The notes beneath the pieces were generated by a model. It was not told the origin of the DNA. It searched no databases and saw only the letters and a program-made list of their open reading frames with translations. DNA of 64,000 nucleotides from an uncultured Fibrobacterota bacterium (GTDB lineage: Bacteria > Fibrobacterota > Chitinivibrionia > Chitinivibrionales > FEN-1185), in the NCBI GenBank assembly GCA_963753345.1, contig CAVWBU010000018.1, positions 1-64,000 on the forward strand. Direction: 5' to 3'. Made by a program: the position numbers and the translations under genes. Of the stretch, positions 9,031-19,084 are shown piece after piece. Positions within the stretch are counted from its first letter, which is position 1, and every line of letters starts with the position of its first letter.

Positions 9031-9888
9031 TTAAGATGGTTTTTGAATTCTTATCAATTTCTTACCCGGAGAAAGAATGTTTTTAATGCCGTTTTGATTT
9101 AATATTTTTTGAAAACTTATCGGATTAATACGCCTACCAAATTCATTGAATAAACTTATAGCTTGATTAATATTATCAGGCTCAATGGCAATTGTATAAA
9201 TTTCTCTATAACCATCAATATTGGCAAGATGGCATTTTTGATTGTTCCAATTTCCTTTTGAATCTGCGGTGGATATATCTTCTTGTAAACTTAAGAATTT
9301 GTTTTTAAGCCAGGTGAAAAGCATGATACTGTATTTTGGCGGAGCACCGACACCAGATACATGGACCCATTCGTCATAAGCCTTTGATTCCTTAGGTAAA
9401 GTTATTCTGAAGGAGTTGTCACTTACATACTCAATTTTATCCTCTGTCGGAATACTACTGTTTTGGGAAATAATATCGCTAATAAGAAGACAGGATATCT
9501 TTTTGAAATTATTGAATTCGATTTTAGAATCAATTGATGTTTGATACGTATAAGGCAAGTCAATTTGATTATGCAGAAAACCTTTAAGATCATTCAAGAT
9601 ATCCGACTCAACAATTGGGAAAACGGATTTTCGTTTATTCGGATTTGCGTAGAAATATCCAATTTCTTGGTTAATCCATTGTTCATGAAATGAATTTTTT
9701 GTTAGAATAGGAATAAAAAAGGCTGATATATTTAAACCCTCAATAACTTTATCAGTAAGTGCGACAAGAGTTCTACGATAATCTGCTACAACGATCGGTT
9801 TATATTCTTGTGTTCTTTTTAATTTATTCGCAATATACCTCACCTTTTTCTTATCTGAATCAGCATAGCTTATGAAAACATTTTTCAT
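9031..9888 (-). CDS. TIR-domain protein with uncharacterised C-terminal domain (cassette)
   Basis: VFISYADSD...FIPILTKNS...WINQEIG, with the catalytic Glu position retained. Confidence 0.85.
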   Translation of the reverse strand: MKNVFISYADSDKKKVRYIANKLKRTQEYKPIVVADYRRTLVALTDKVIEGLNISAFFIPILTKNSFHEQWINQEIGYFYANPNKRKSVFPIVESDILNDLKGFLHNQIDLPYTYQTSIDSKIEFNNFKKISCLLISDIISQNSSIPTEDKIEYVSDNSFRITLPKESKAYDEWVHVSGVGAPPKYSIMLFTWLKNKFLSLQEDISTADSKGNWNNQKCHLANIDGYREIYTIAIEPDNINQAISLFNEFGRRINPISFQKILNQNGIKNILSPGKKLIRIQKPS

Positions 9889-9908
9889 GAATTATTCCTC
9901 TATTTAGG

Positions 9909-10046
9909 GTATAACGCCGCGCTAATATGCCTGACTACGACCGCATTTTCCCGCCGCAAACCACGAATCTTGTATGAAGAACCGACCACCCGCGAATCAA
10001 TGCTGTTTGCAAATGTGGAAGGTCATGATTTAACGCGTTGTTATGC
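9909..10046 (-). repeat. attC site, class A
   Basis: Class A consensus. Confidence 0.95.
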
Positions 10047-10082
10047 ATCCCTCTTGTCTTTCCCGATTAATCGCATTCAGAT

Positions 10083-10931
10083 TTATTTCCACAAAAGTTC
10101 TGGTTCATTATATAGAACTTCATTGGCATATTTATGCTTCCCATAACCGATTGCCGAAACTGCAAAAATAGAATAACCTTTATCAAGCTCACAAAACTTC
10201 TCAATCGCTTTGTGTGAATGTTGTGCGTAGCCCACAACAAAACTATCAATACCAATGGTTTTTCCGTAAAGCATCATATAATGTTGAGCAGCAATACAAT
10301 TATCTTTTGAAAATCTGCTCTTTGTTGGGGCTGCAACACAAATAATGCATCCCGCATTTCTGAATATTTTATCCTTTCCATTCTGATATTCTTTAATCAT
10401 TTTCTTGAAACTTACTTTGAGCTCTATGAGTTCTTTGTGTGCGTTTCTATTAATAATTGAAAGTACAGCTAATACAAATGGGTTAAGAATAATATTTACC
10501 AAGAATTTAAAAGAATTAACAATTTCACTTGTAATTGACTTTATGTTACTGGCATTTGTAATAACAATATATTTTCTATTTCGAAAATTGTGAGAACACG
10601 GGGCTTTTTCAGCATAATTAATTAATTCCTTTATTTTATCATTATCAATTTTGTCGTTCTTGAACATTCTAATCGACCGTTTAATATGAAACAATAATTG
10701 GTCTTTAGGCAAATTTTGATCAATTTTTTGAATTTTAAACGGTTGACGGATATTGTCTTCACTGCATTTAATTGCGTTATTTGGGCAAATCGCAGCACAA
10801 TGACCACAAGAATTGCAATATTCCGGATGGGCGTCCACTGCATAGTTGCTTAATTCAATAACGCTTGCCGCACATTCTTCAAAACATTTCCCACATTTAA
10901 TGCATTTTGTTTCATCAATAATAATATTCAT
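10083..10931 (-). CDS. Nitroreductase family protein with N-terminal 2x[4Fe-4S] ferredoxin domain (cassette)
   Basis: CxxCxxCxxxC twice; KRSIRMF...APCSHN nitroreductase motifs. Confidence 0.92.
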   Translation of the reverse strand: MNIIIDETKCIKCGKCFEECAASVIELSNYAVDAHPEYCNSCGHCAAICPNNAIKCSEDNIRQPFKIQKIDQNLPKDQLLFHIKRSIRMFKNDKIDNDKIKELINYAEKAPCSHNFRNRKYIVITNASNIKSITSEIVNSFKFLVNIILNPFVLAVLSIINRNAHKELIELKVSFKKMIKEYQNGKDKIFRNAGCIICVAAPTKSRFSKDNCIAAQHYMMLYGKTIGIDSFVVGYAQHSHKAIEKFCELDKGYSIFAVSAIGYGKHKYANEVLYNEPELLWK

Positions 10932-11019
10932 TTCAATCTTCCTCCAGTTAAATTATTACAAACAACTAAACAATCCGGCGCGTTTTTGAGTTAGAGTCCG
11001 CTTTTTGTTTAAATTAGTC

Positions 11020-12042
11020 TCACGCTACCATTCCTATCAAGCAAATTTCATTTTGGCGATCAAAGATTCCCAGTCTTCCTGAAGCACCGGCAAGTACGTC
11101 TCGATTCCTCTGCAGACGCATTCTGCGGGCACCTGCGAGGCGATCTCTGCGTCGGGTCAGTATTGCCTTGTCCTCACCTTTGTGCCGCTGTACTGGCGTT
11201 ACATAGCCGATTTTGCCATGACGCCGGACGTTGTTGTAGAAATCAAAAAACGCCGTGAAGTAAGTGATACCGCCAACGTCGTCTGTAAATTCGCCCGGAT
11301 ATTCCGGTGAACCCTTGGTTGTCGCAAACAGTGATTCCACAAACGGATTATCATTGGGTGTCCGGGGTCGGGCAAACTTCTGACTGATGCCAAGATCTTC
11401 CAGAAACGTCTTGAACGGCTTTGCTTTCATCTGGGTTCCACGGTCATTGAACAGTTCCAGTATTTTGACCTGCTCCGGAGTCAGTTGCTCCTTTTCAATG
11501 CCTTCGTCAATCAGCTCTTTTCCTTCTGCATGGGCAAGGCTCCAGCTTATGCGAAAAGCGATTACCTTGCGGGAATACTCGTCCAGCAGCACGTAGAGAT
11601 ACAGGAAAATGCCTTTAACCAAGGTCCGCAGATAACTGATATCCCAGCACCATCGCTGATTCGGCCCTGTGAGCTCTGGTCGGTCAGGCTTGCGGCTGTT
11701 CCCATTGCGGTGGCAGCGCCCGCTGCGGTCTGTGGTCAATCCTTCATGCCGCATGACACGATACACCGTGGAGGCGCTTACCGCAAGATAGCCGGCATCC
11801 ACGCCCTTAGCCGTCAGAACCCGGTGGGAATCGTCCACGTATCTCTCGTCCTTCGCCAGGACGACAATGGCCTGCCGTTCCTCCGGCAACAGCGCATGGG
11901 GCGCATGTATCGGCCCGGGCTTAACATCCACAAGCATAGGCCGGGAAAACCAGTGCCGGACTCTGCGCTCCTCAATCTGGAGCAATGCACACGTCCGGTT
12001 CCGGCTTATGCCTTTTGATTTACCTTCGGAAATCACGACCAT
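11020..12042 (-). CDS. IS3-like transposase OrfB (rve DDE integrase core)
   Basis: PNQRWCWDISY...NDRG...PNDNPFVESLF. Confidence 0.93.
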   Translation of the reverse strand: MVVISEGKSKGISRNRTCALLQIEERRVRHWFSRPMLVDVKPGPIHAPHALLPEERQAIVVLAKDERYVDDSHRVLTAKGVDAGYLAVSASTVYRVMRHEGLTTDRSGRCHRNGNSRKPDRPELTGPNQRWCWDISYLRTLVKGIFLYLYVLLDEYSRKVIAFRISWSLAHAEGKELIDEGIEKEQLTPEQVKILELFNDRGTQMKAKPFKTFLEDLGISQKFARPRTPNDNPFVESLFATTKGSPEYPGEFTDDVGGITYFTAFFDFYNNVRRHGKIGYVTPVQRHKGEDKAILTRRRDRLAGARRMRLQRNRDVLAGASGRLGIFDRQNEICLIGMVA

Positions 12043-12092
12043 TATCGCTTTCTTCGTTTCCTCGGATACTCGTTCGCCCTGTATTGGTCCGA

Positions 12093-12446
12093 TTATTCCC
12101 CATTCACTTTTTTTTTAAGCGCCATGAACTCCACCGTCAGCGCCGCCAGCGTTTTCTCTTGAATCGTGTACTCTCGTTTCAACAATTCGTGCTGCTCTGC
12201 CGGAACTTCCAGCACCCGCTTCTTCCCAGGACGCATTTGACCAAGCGCCTTGATGCTTGCTTCCTTTGCAACGTCATCGAACCGCTTGAGATCGTTCTGG
12301 TAAAGCCCCTCCCGACGCAGGATCTCACCCTTCTTGCCGGGATTCGTCCTCACTTCCTGAAGAACCTGATACTTCTTCTCCCCAGAGAGATGCTTCCGCT
12401 TCCGGGGAACTTGCTGCCCATCAGTAACCGACTGGCCGTTGTCCAT
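12093..12446 (-). CDS. IS3-like transposase OrfA (HTH); probable -1 frameshift fusion to OrfB
   Basis: ILRREGLY motif; A9 run near the 3' end; the -1 frame is open into OrfB. Confidence 0.88.
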   Translation of the reverse strand: MDNGQSVTDGQQVPRKRKHLSGEKKYQVLQEVRTNPGKKGEILRREGLYQNDLKRFDDVAKEASIKALGQMRPGKKRVLEVPAEQHELLKREYTIQEKTLAALTVEFMALKKKVNGE

Positions 12447-12577
12447 GGCACTTCCTTTCCGCCGCCCAACTGCAACACACCATAGGATGCTACAGGAAAT
12501 TAGTTTAATTGGACTGGGAAAGCGGACACGATCTCAGAAACGGCGGGAATCTGTGGCTTGTGTTGTCTTTTGTTAGT

Positions 12578-12715
12578 GCATAACGCCGCGCTAATATGCC
12601 TGACTACGACCGCATTTTCCCTGCGCAAACCACAAATCTTGTATGAAGAAGCAACCACCCGCAAACCAAAGCTGTTTGCAAATGCGGAAGGTCATGATTG
12701 AGCGCGTTGTTAGCC
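12578..12715 (-). repeat. attC site, class A
   Basis: Class A consensus. Confidence 0.95.
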
Positions 12716-12789
12716 GCTACTTGAATTTTATTATTCTTTTCATTGAATTGATTTTGTATTCATTCATTTCAGAATAGTAAATTGAATTG

Positions 12790-13077
12790 TCATATGTAAT
12801 CTTCTTTTGAATACCCTTGACCAATTATTTCTTGGCTTGTAGCCGTTTTATATTCATTTAGTCCTAAATTGCATTTCGGGCATTTAATTTCATTCAAATC
12901 ATGGTTACTTGCACCGGACGGAGAAATATCTTTAGGATTAATAAATATTGTTCCCTCTTCCTCACATTGAATTGCAAGGTATCCACAATTTGGACAGCTA
13001 ATGAAGGCGAGGCAGGAACCTTGCTCGCAAATGGGGCATATTCTTTTCAAATGCCAAATTGGGGTTCCGATTTCCAT
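12790..13077 (-). CDS. Small Cys-rich (zinc-ribbon) protein (cassette)
   Basis: CPIC, CPNC, CxE, CPKC; gagg RBS. Confidence 0.8.
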   Translation of the reverse strand: MEIGTPIWHLKRICPICEQGSCLAFISCPNCGYLAIQCEEEGTIFINPKDISPSGASNHDLNEIKCPKCNLGLNEYKTATSQEIIGQGYSKEDYI

Positions 13078-13098
13078 AAATTGCCTCTTTTTATTATC

Positions 13099-13237
13099 GG
13101 CTAACGTGCGGTTAATATGCCCGACTAAGACTGCATTTTACCTTTGCAAACCACGAAAGCTTGTGTAAAGAACCAGCTGCCCGCATACCAAAGCTGTTGG
13201 CAAACGCGGAGGGTCATGATTGAACCGCTTGTTATAG
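13099..13237 (-). repeat. attC site, divergent class A-like
   Basis: Class A-like interior with class D-like outer arms (gtgcggttaa/tgaaccgctt). Confidence 0.88.
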
Positions 13238-13518
13238 CTCTTGTGTTGCATTTGGTTCTGAATTGTCCGATTGTCTTTTCCAAATTGATTTGCCTTCGTC
13301 TTGATAATTCGGTCTGATTATGAACCCTTCCCACTGAGTCCTACTAACCTACCGAAAAGTTCCCCGGAAATATTGGATTTCGGCTCGATTAATTCGTAAG
13401 TTGTTGGACCCCATCCAACCGAGTCCAACCATTTAGCCTGAAGATCTCCCCGAATGTGTTTTCTTGTCCGATTGTTTTTGTCTTTTTCCGATAAATTGTA
13501 TTTAAATTTAGGCTATAA
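13105..13518 (-). other. Gene-less cassette, family 2
   Basis: gttatag/ctataac cores; only very short ORFs; similar to 21204-21579. Confidence 0.8.
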
Positions 13519-13650
13519 CGCCGCGCTAATATGCCTGACTACGACCGCATTTTCTCTCCGCAAACCACGAATCTTGTATAAAGAACCGACCGCCCGCAAA
13601 CCAAAGCTGTTTGCAAATGCGGAAGGTCATGATTTAGCGCGTTGTTAGGA
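13513..13650 (-). repeat. attC site, class A
   Basis: Class A consensus. Confidence 0.95.
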
Positions 13651-14260
13651 CATTTTATTTCTTAGATTTCGAAATGGTATCCAATAGAAAAGATAATTGC
13701 ATTTGACTGTTCTTTATAGGTGATATATGCACTTTGGGTCGATTTAAGATCATTTTGCATTTTATCGTTAGGGAAAATATAGCCAATATGAATATTGGGA
13801 CCATTATTCCTACTTTTACCATATCTTACTTCAGTTCCAACTCCTAAACTAAATGAATTATAAAAAGCATCATAATTACCAAACGTCATACCTTCTGAAT
13901 AACCATATTGAATATGTAAATACCCATTTACCCCATATGATGCGTTCAAATATGGCCTGAATATATTCTTATCTGATTTCTCCAAAATATATAGGTTAAT
14001 GCCAGTGTTCCAGCCGATCTTAGAGAAATAAGTACCAATAGCACCAAATAATGCAATTCTTGATATTGGTACGAATGAAACCTTAAGACCCAAAAAACCA
14101 CCGTAATTTATTCCCCATCCAAAACCGAGATCCAAAAACGGTTTATGATTCTTGGCGTCAACTTCTTTATCCGGATGTAGTTTCTTCAAGCTAGTATCAG
14201 ATTCAGTTTTAGCTGTATGTTCCTGTTGATAATTGTAACATTGATGTTTTCTAATTCTGA

Positions 14261-15903
14261 CCTGATTCCGTGAGATAAGGTTATTAAAAACAAATTGACG
14301 GCGTTGACAAGAACGAATATGGTTGCTAAGGCTTCTTGATAAGTTGTTGCCGGGGTGATTCCACTATGATTTGCGCTTCTGACCCCATGGTTGACAAATA
14401 CACTCAACGTGTCGGTGGCGACGTTTGTTTGGTTACGGGTCTATTTCCGTTTATTGCTCTCCTTAGGTCAGCCATCCGTGGCGAACGCCAGATACGTTTG
14501 CGTCCACGCTATGCGGAGTTGATTCCGCCGCGACAGGGCAAGCATCAACCGGCGGGCATGCGTTATCACGCGTGCTGCTATGTACATAAGATCCTGAATG
14601 ACCTTCCGCAATCTCCGGCGTGCAACTTTCTTACGCGGCACGTACCCCTTGTCGATTCCAACTTGGCCGCAGAGCCGCAGCATGTTGAACGCAAGAACCG
14701 CCAACGTCAACACCAATGCGTTGGTCGTGAACTTCCCGCTGGGAAGCCGCTCCAGCGCCATATCACTCTTCAGCTCCGAGTGAAACTGCTCGCTGGTGCC
14801 ATGATCCCGGTACGCTGCAATAACGTCGTCCGGGCCGGCGTTGCGTCTGCTCAGGCTCGTCCACCACGTGTGAACCTCTACATCCGGCAGCAGCAAGGCG
14901 TTTCCGTCGCGGTCGATTGTCCGTTCGATCACCTCGAACACAACGCGCATGTTTTCGCCGTTTCTTTCCCGTATTGTCTCACCAACGTACACGGTCTTGC
15001 CTTCACGAGGATGACGCCAGTCACCGAGCGCTTGAGCATCCACGAGCCATTCGTCAATAGATTCCCTGCGTATGTTCCGTTTGATTATGTAATCGACCTT
15101 TTCCTTGCGGCAGACTCGCATGTTTTCAATATCGTCATGTCCGGCATCAAGACGCACAAGGATCGAACGATCCGTTATTTTTCGAGCAAGGGCTATGGTC
15201 TTGCGCAGAAACTCCGGAGTTCCTTCCTGGCAATGTTGTTTCCCTTCGCGCAACTCCGCGTTCAGCAGGTAGCCTTCCACGCCTATGTAGGCAAGCATCG
15301 GAGAATATCCCTCGAACAACTTGTACGTGCAGCTTACGCCTTCCTTATGAGAACCACTGTTGTCAAAAGGAGATACGTCAGCGTCAATCGGAATATACGG
15401 TCCAAAGCAGGCGGTGAGCCGTGGCGCTGCTTTTTTCAACAGGGACGCCGAAGCGGAAAGGACTGCGTTTTGAACGGTCAGGCCCGTTTCGTCCATTCGC
15501 TGCCGCAGTGTAGCCTCGGAAGGAACCGCTTTCAATCCAAGCATCTCCTGAAAATAGTCGTCTTCACGAAACTGCTCGACCCCGTCAAAGTCTGGTTTGG
15601 CAAGACACAAAAGCCCCGTCATGGTCAGCAGCGCGTCCGCGGTGCTTATACTCCCGCTCTTCTTGTCCGGAGTAACCTGCGAAACACGCTCGCGCAAACC
15701 GGATCGCTCCGCAAGCATCCCGATCATTGCCATTCCACCATGGCTGGTCAGAAACTCGTCCGTCTCCGTGATTATCAACTTTCTCGGCTTTGGCATGACA
15801 CCTTCCGGGTGAATAATGTGAACTGCCATTTAGTCAAGCACCATTCACCCTTAATCTACACGAAAAATCATCAAAATGCCAAAGTTTTTCTCACGGATTT
15901 AGG
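14261..15903 (-). mobile_element. IS1380-family insertion sequence
   Basis: IRs cctgattccgtgaga / tctcacggatttagg; 5-bp TCTGA duplication confirmed against the uninterrupted copy. Confidence 0.95.
14468..15829 (-). CDS. IS1380 transposase
   Basis: TSHGG, IDAD, VRLDAGHD and YRDHGTSEQFHSELK motifs. Confidence 0.93.
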   Translation of the reverse strand: MAVHIIHPEGVMPKPRKLIITETDEFLTSHGGMAMIGMLAERSGLRERVSQVTPDKKSGSISTADALLTMTGLLCLAKPDFDGVEQFREDDYFQEMLGLKAVPSEATLRQRMDETGLTVQNAVLSASASLLKKAAPRLTACFGPYIPIDADVSPFDNSGSHKEGVSCTYKLFEGYSPMLAYIGVEGYLLNAELREGKQHCQEGTPEFLRKTIALARKITDRSILVRLDAGHDDIENMRVCRKEKVDYIIKRNIRRESIDEWLVDAQALGDWRHPREGKTVYVGETIRERNGENMRVVFEVIERTIDRDGNALLLPDVEVHTWWTSLSRRNAGPDDVIAAYRDHGTSEQFHSELKSDMALERLPSGKFTTNALVLTLAVLAFNMLRLCGQVGIDKGYVPRKKVARRRLRKVIQDLMYIAARVITHARRLMLALSRRNQLRIAWTQTYLAFATDG

Positions 15904-16079
15904 TCTGAGATATTCCTTTTCATCGTCTGTCCATGACATCGGGAGATCAAGTTTTAATGATTGAACAATAGAATCATTACACGGATTACACTTATCACAT
16001 AGGGTTGTATCCAATGTGGCGGCACAAACCTTTGCAATTAGCACAATAGACATAAGCGGTATTTTATTCATGTTTATTG

Positions 16080-16217
16080 TCCTAACGCCGCGCTAATATG
16101 CCTGACTACGACCGCATTTTACCGCCGCAAACCACCAATCTTGTATGAAGAGACAATCGCCCGCACGCCAAGGGGGTTTGCAAATGCGGAAGGTCATGAT
16201 TTAGCGCGTTGTTATGT
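16080..16217 (-). repeat. attC site, class A
   Basis: Class A consensus. Confidence 0.95.
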
Positions 16218-16237
16218 GACATTGATTCGATTTCCGA

Positions 16238-16813
16238 TTACGGTTTTGTTAAACAAGTTATCCTAATTCGTAGTTTTTTTGCTTCAAATTTATCCATTTC
16301 ATGATCATAAATATACAACCTGAATTTATCAATTGATTTTGACTTAAATATGTTTATGTCGTTTTCGGACAATGACATAATTGCAGAATATTTCCAGGGG
16401 CTAATATCCGAAGCGGCATTTGGTTCAACAGAAATATCAGAATTCGAATCTACCCATTTGCTTCCGTCAGAAAAAAGAACAATTACGCCTTTCTCATTAT
16501 AATTCAATGTCGATCCATCAGTTTCGAGCATTAATGAATAATTATCTCCTCCATTCTTGATGGTTTTAAAAATAATTGCATTTAACTGTATGCCAGACGC
16601 CGTAGCAAATGGAGAATGATATTTAATCTCATTTGTGAAATCGTCTTTTTGCTTTTCAATCTTTGAACAAATAGCGTCGTCGGTTTGTGCCGTATCTATT
16701 TCTTGTTTTTTATCGTTCCATTCCTTTAGCCCGCTCTTATAAGATTCTGCAATTGTTGAACAGTTCATTAAGGTTGCAACGACGAATAAGAGTGGAAATA
16801 TTATTGTTTTCAT
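16238..16813 (-). CDS. Putative lipoprotein (cassette)
   Basis: Signal peptide ending LMNC; ggagg RBS. Confidence 0.8.
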   Translation of the reverse strand: MKTIIFPLLFVVATLMNCSTIAESYKSGLKEWNDKKQEIDTAQTDDAICSKIEKQKDDFTNEIKYHSPFATASGIQLNAIIFKTIKNGGDNYSLMLETDGSTLNYNEKGVIVLFSDGSKWVDSNSDISVEPNAASDISPWKYSAIMSLSENDINIFKSKSIDKFRLYIYDHEMDKFEAKKLRIRITCLTKP

Positions 16814-16858
16814 AAAAAACCTCCATATGGTAACAGACTGTCAGAGATTATTATTTAC

Positions 16859-16996
16859 ACATAACGCCGCGCTAATATGCCTGACTACGACCGCATTTTC
16901 TCTTTGCAAACCACGAATCTTGTATGAAGAACCTGCCGCTCGCGAACCAAGGGTGTTTGCAAATGCGGAAGGTCATGATTTAGCGCGTTGTTATGC
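16859..16996 (-). repeat. attC site, class A
   Basis: Class A consensus. Confidence 0.95.
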
Positions 16997-17488
16997 ATTA
17001 AATTGATTTAGCTTCCAATTGTTTTGAGTAAACGTTAATGCTATCATATTCATTAACGAATCCGATTCATATTTTTGAATAGATTTAGAAGTCATGTTCC
17101 AAGTTTGTGTTTTGCATCCAATATTCTTGTATTTCCTATTATAATTATCGTAACTTGTCAAAAATAGAAAACCATCTAAAGTTCTTTCCACGTAAATACC
17201 AATCCAAGGTTCGCAGCTAAAATATAGACATGCATTTTCAAATTTGATTATGTCATTTTTATTATTGAAAATATTTACCGAATCGGTTTCAGTATTCCTA
17301 TTTCTTGTTCTTGATTTTACTGTAATTCCAATTCTCTTTTTAAATTTTGGCGAATATGCAATAAGGTCAATGCCGGTATGATCTACAATTGAAACTTCAA
17401 AACCGGATCTCGACAACCAATTGCAAATCAGATGTTCACCAAAATCGCCTATAATTTTCTGATGCCGAGTACTCTTCGTTATTTGCAT
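16991..17488 (-). CDS. PD-(D/E)XK-like nuclease (cassette), homologue of 17595-18089
   Basis: GDFGE...GIDLIA...ITVKSR. Confidence 0.75.
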   Translation of the reverse strand: MQITKSTRHQKIIGDFGEHLICNWLSRSGFEVSIVDHTGIDLIAYSPKFKKRIGITVKSRTRNRNTETDSVNIFNNKNDIIKFENACLYFSCEPWIGIYVERTLDGFLFLTSYDNYNRKYKNIGCKTQTWNMTSKSIQKYESDSLMNMIALTFTQNNWKLNQFNA

Positions 17489-17506
17489 TTTATTCCTTTT
17501 TATAAT

Positions 17507-17600
17507 GCATAACGTGCGGTTAACCTGCCGACGCGGGAAACGCGACCAAGGGGAGCGTTTGGGCCCCGCGTTCGGTCATGAGTTTAACCGCTTGTTAGGA
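17507..17600 (-). repeat. attC site, class D
   Basis: Interior identical to 3008-3101. Confidence 0.9.
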
Positions 17601-18089
17601 CGTTTTGAATGTTTTAAATTGCCACCATCTTCCTTCGTGAAGACTTAATTCCAGCCACATTATATTTCTATTATCTTTGTATTTTTGTAATTCCTCATTT
17701 GTCATTGACCAAGCTGAAACCTTATTTCCTCCCGGTCTTATTTTTAACAATTCTTGTATTGATACTATTAATATTCTTATAAAATTAGCTTCATCAACCA
17801 CAAATGCAATGTAAGGTTTGCATTTGAATGTTTTGCATGCTTCTTGGATTTTATTAATATGCTTTTTTTGTACGTTGATATGAGTACCTTCAGTTCCTTC
17901 AGATCTACTTCTGCTTTTTACAGATATTCCCATTAATTCTGATGATTTTCGTTTTCTTGCAATAATATCTATTCCTGTATGATCAACAGGTGCGCATTCG
18001 AATCCGGTTTTTGAAAGCAAATAAAGTATCAATGATTCTCCAAAATCGCCAGTTATTTTTGAATGTCGAGTGCTTTTTTGAATTTTCAT
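17595..18089 (-). CDS. PD-(D/E)XK-like nuclease (cassette)
   Basis: GDFGE...GIDIIA...ISVKSR. Confidence 0.75.
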   Translation of the reverse strand: MKIQKSTRHSKITGDFGESLILYLLSKTGFECAPVDHTGIDIIARKRKSSELMGISVKSRSRSEGTEGTHINVQKKHINKIQEACKTFKCKPYIAFVVDEANFIRILIVSIQELLKIRPGGNKVSAWSMTNEELQKYKDNRNIMWLELSLHEGRWWQFKTFKTS

Positions 18090-18106
18090 TTATTCCTCTT
18101 TGTTAG

Positions 18107-18244
18107 TCCTAACGCCGCGCTAATATGCCTGACTACGACCGCATTTTACCGCCGCAAACCACGAATCTTGTATGAAGAACCGAACACCCGCACGCCAAAG
18201 CTGTTTGCAAATGCGGAAGGTCATGATTTAGCGCGTTGTTATGC
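18107..18244 (-). repeat. attC site, class A
   Basis: Class A consensus. Confidence 0.95.
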
Positions 18245-18247
18245 GTT

Positions 18248-18571
18248 TTATTCTTGCGCTGCATATTCTGGTTTTCCTGTTATCTTCTGAATCTTAATCA
18301 ATTCCGTTGAAGGTATAATTTCTTTCCAATTTGTCTTTTTAAACGATACATACCAATTCATAATATCAATTGGCCATTCCCAAATGGTTACCGAATCCTT
18401 AATATATTTCCCTTTTTCTCCTATTGAATCTAGATATCCAGAGGCTATTTCAATTGCCTTCCCCATAGTTATTTTCGGGGTTACTGGATTATAATAATTA
18501 ATCTTTGGAACTTGAGATATACAGCCGATGAAGACGGCAGAAAACGCCAATATTATAATATTGTATTTCAT
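18248..18571 (-). CDS. Small lipoprotein, PepSY-like (cassette)
   Basis: Lipobox FIGC; ITMGKAIEIA...ITGK pattern; 5' end duplicated at window positions 2-64. Confidence 0.7.
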   Translation of the reverse strand: MKYNIIILAFSAVFIGCISQVPKINYYNPVTPKITMGKAIEIASGYLDSIGEKGKYIKDSVTIWEWPIDIMNWYVSFKKTNWKEIIPSTELIKIQKITGKPEYAAQE

Positions 18572-18615
18572 GTTTTGATTCCTGTTGTATTTCAATTTCC
18601 TGGTTTATTATTTAC

Positions 18616-18708
18616 GCATAACGATGAAGCTAACCGTTTTGGAGCACGTTCTTCGGAATCTTATATAATGTAAACGTGCGAGAAAACGAGTTTAGCGCCT
18701 TGTTGGTT
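18616..18708 (-). repeat. attC site, class C
   Basis: Copy of 1670-1762. Confidence 0.9.
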
Positions 18709-18946
18709 CTGCGAAAGGCCGGGCGGGATTCTTCTCCGATTTCTTTTTGCCCGCCCACTGTATTTATTCTTACGGCAGCCATCCTATTTCTGTTTCATCG
18801 TGCCATTGTCCACATCTTTTCGTGGTGCATGTCAATTTTGATTTAATCGATATCATTTCTTTAGGCCGCACGATGTGGCCTTTTTAATGGCGCGATCTTG
18901 ATTCTCAATATCCTGGCTGCCGTGTGTATTGCCTTTTGCAAACCAA
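18622..18946 (-). other. Gene-less cassette, family 1 (325 bp)
   Basis: Near-identical to 2001-2325. Confidence 0.9.
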
Positions 18947-19078
18947 CGCCGCGCTAATATGCCTGACTATGACCGCATTTTCCACCCGCGAACCACAAAT
19001 CTTGTATGAAGAACCGACCGACCGCAAACCAAGGGTGTTTGCAAATGCGGAAGGTCATGATTTAGCGCGTTGTTAGGC
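18941..19078 (-). repeat. attC site, class A
   Basis: Class A consensus. Confidence 0.95.
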
Positions 19079-19084
19079 GATATT

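Larger units (their letters stand above)
10976..12547 (-). mobile_element. IS3-like insertion sequence in the nitroreductase cassette leader
   Basis: Imperfect IRs cgtttttgagttagagtccgctt / aagcggacacgatctcagaaacg; candidate AATC target duplication at 10972-10975 and 12548-12551. Confidence 0.85.
13662..16071 (-). pseudogene. Outer-membrane beta-barrel-like cassette gene disrupted by IS1380 (intact copy at 19772-20533)
   Basis: Both halves match 19772-20533. Confidence 0.93.

Noticed and set aside
14336-15964. 542-aa plus-strand ORF
   Set aside because: Antisense shadow of the IS1380 transposase.
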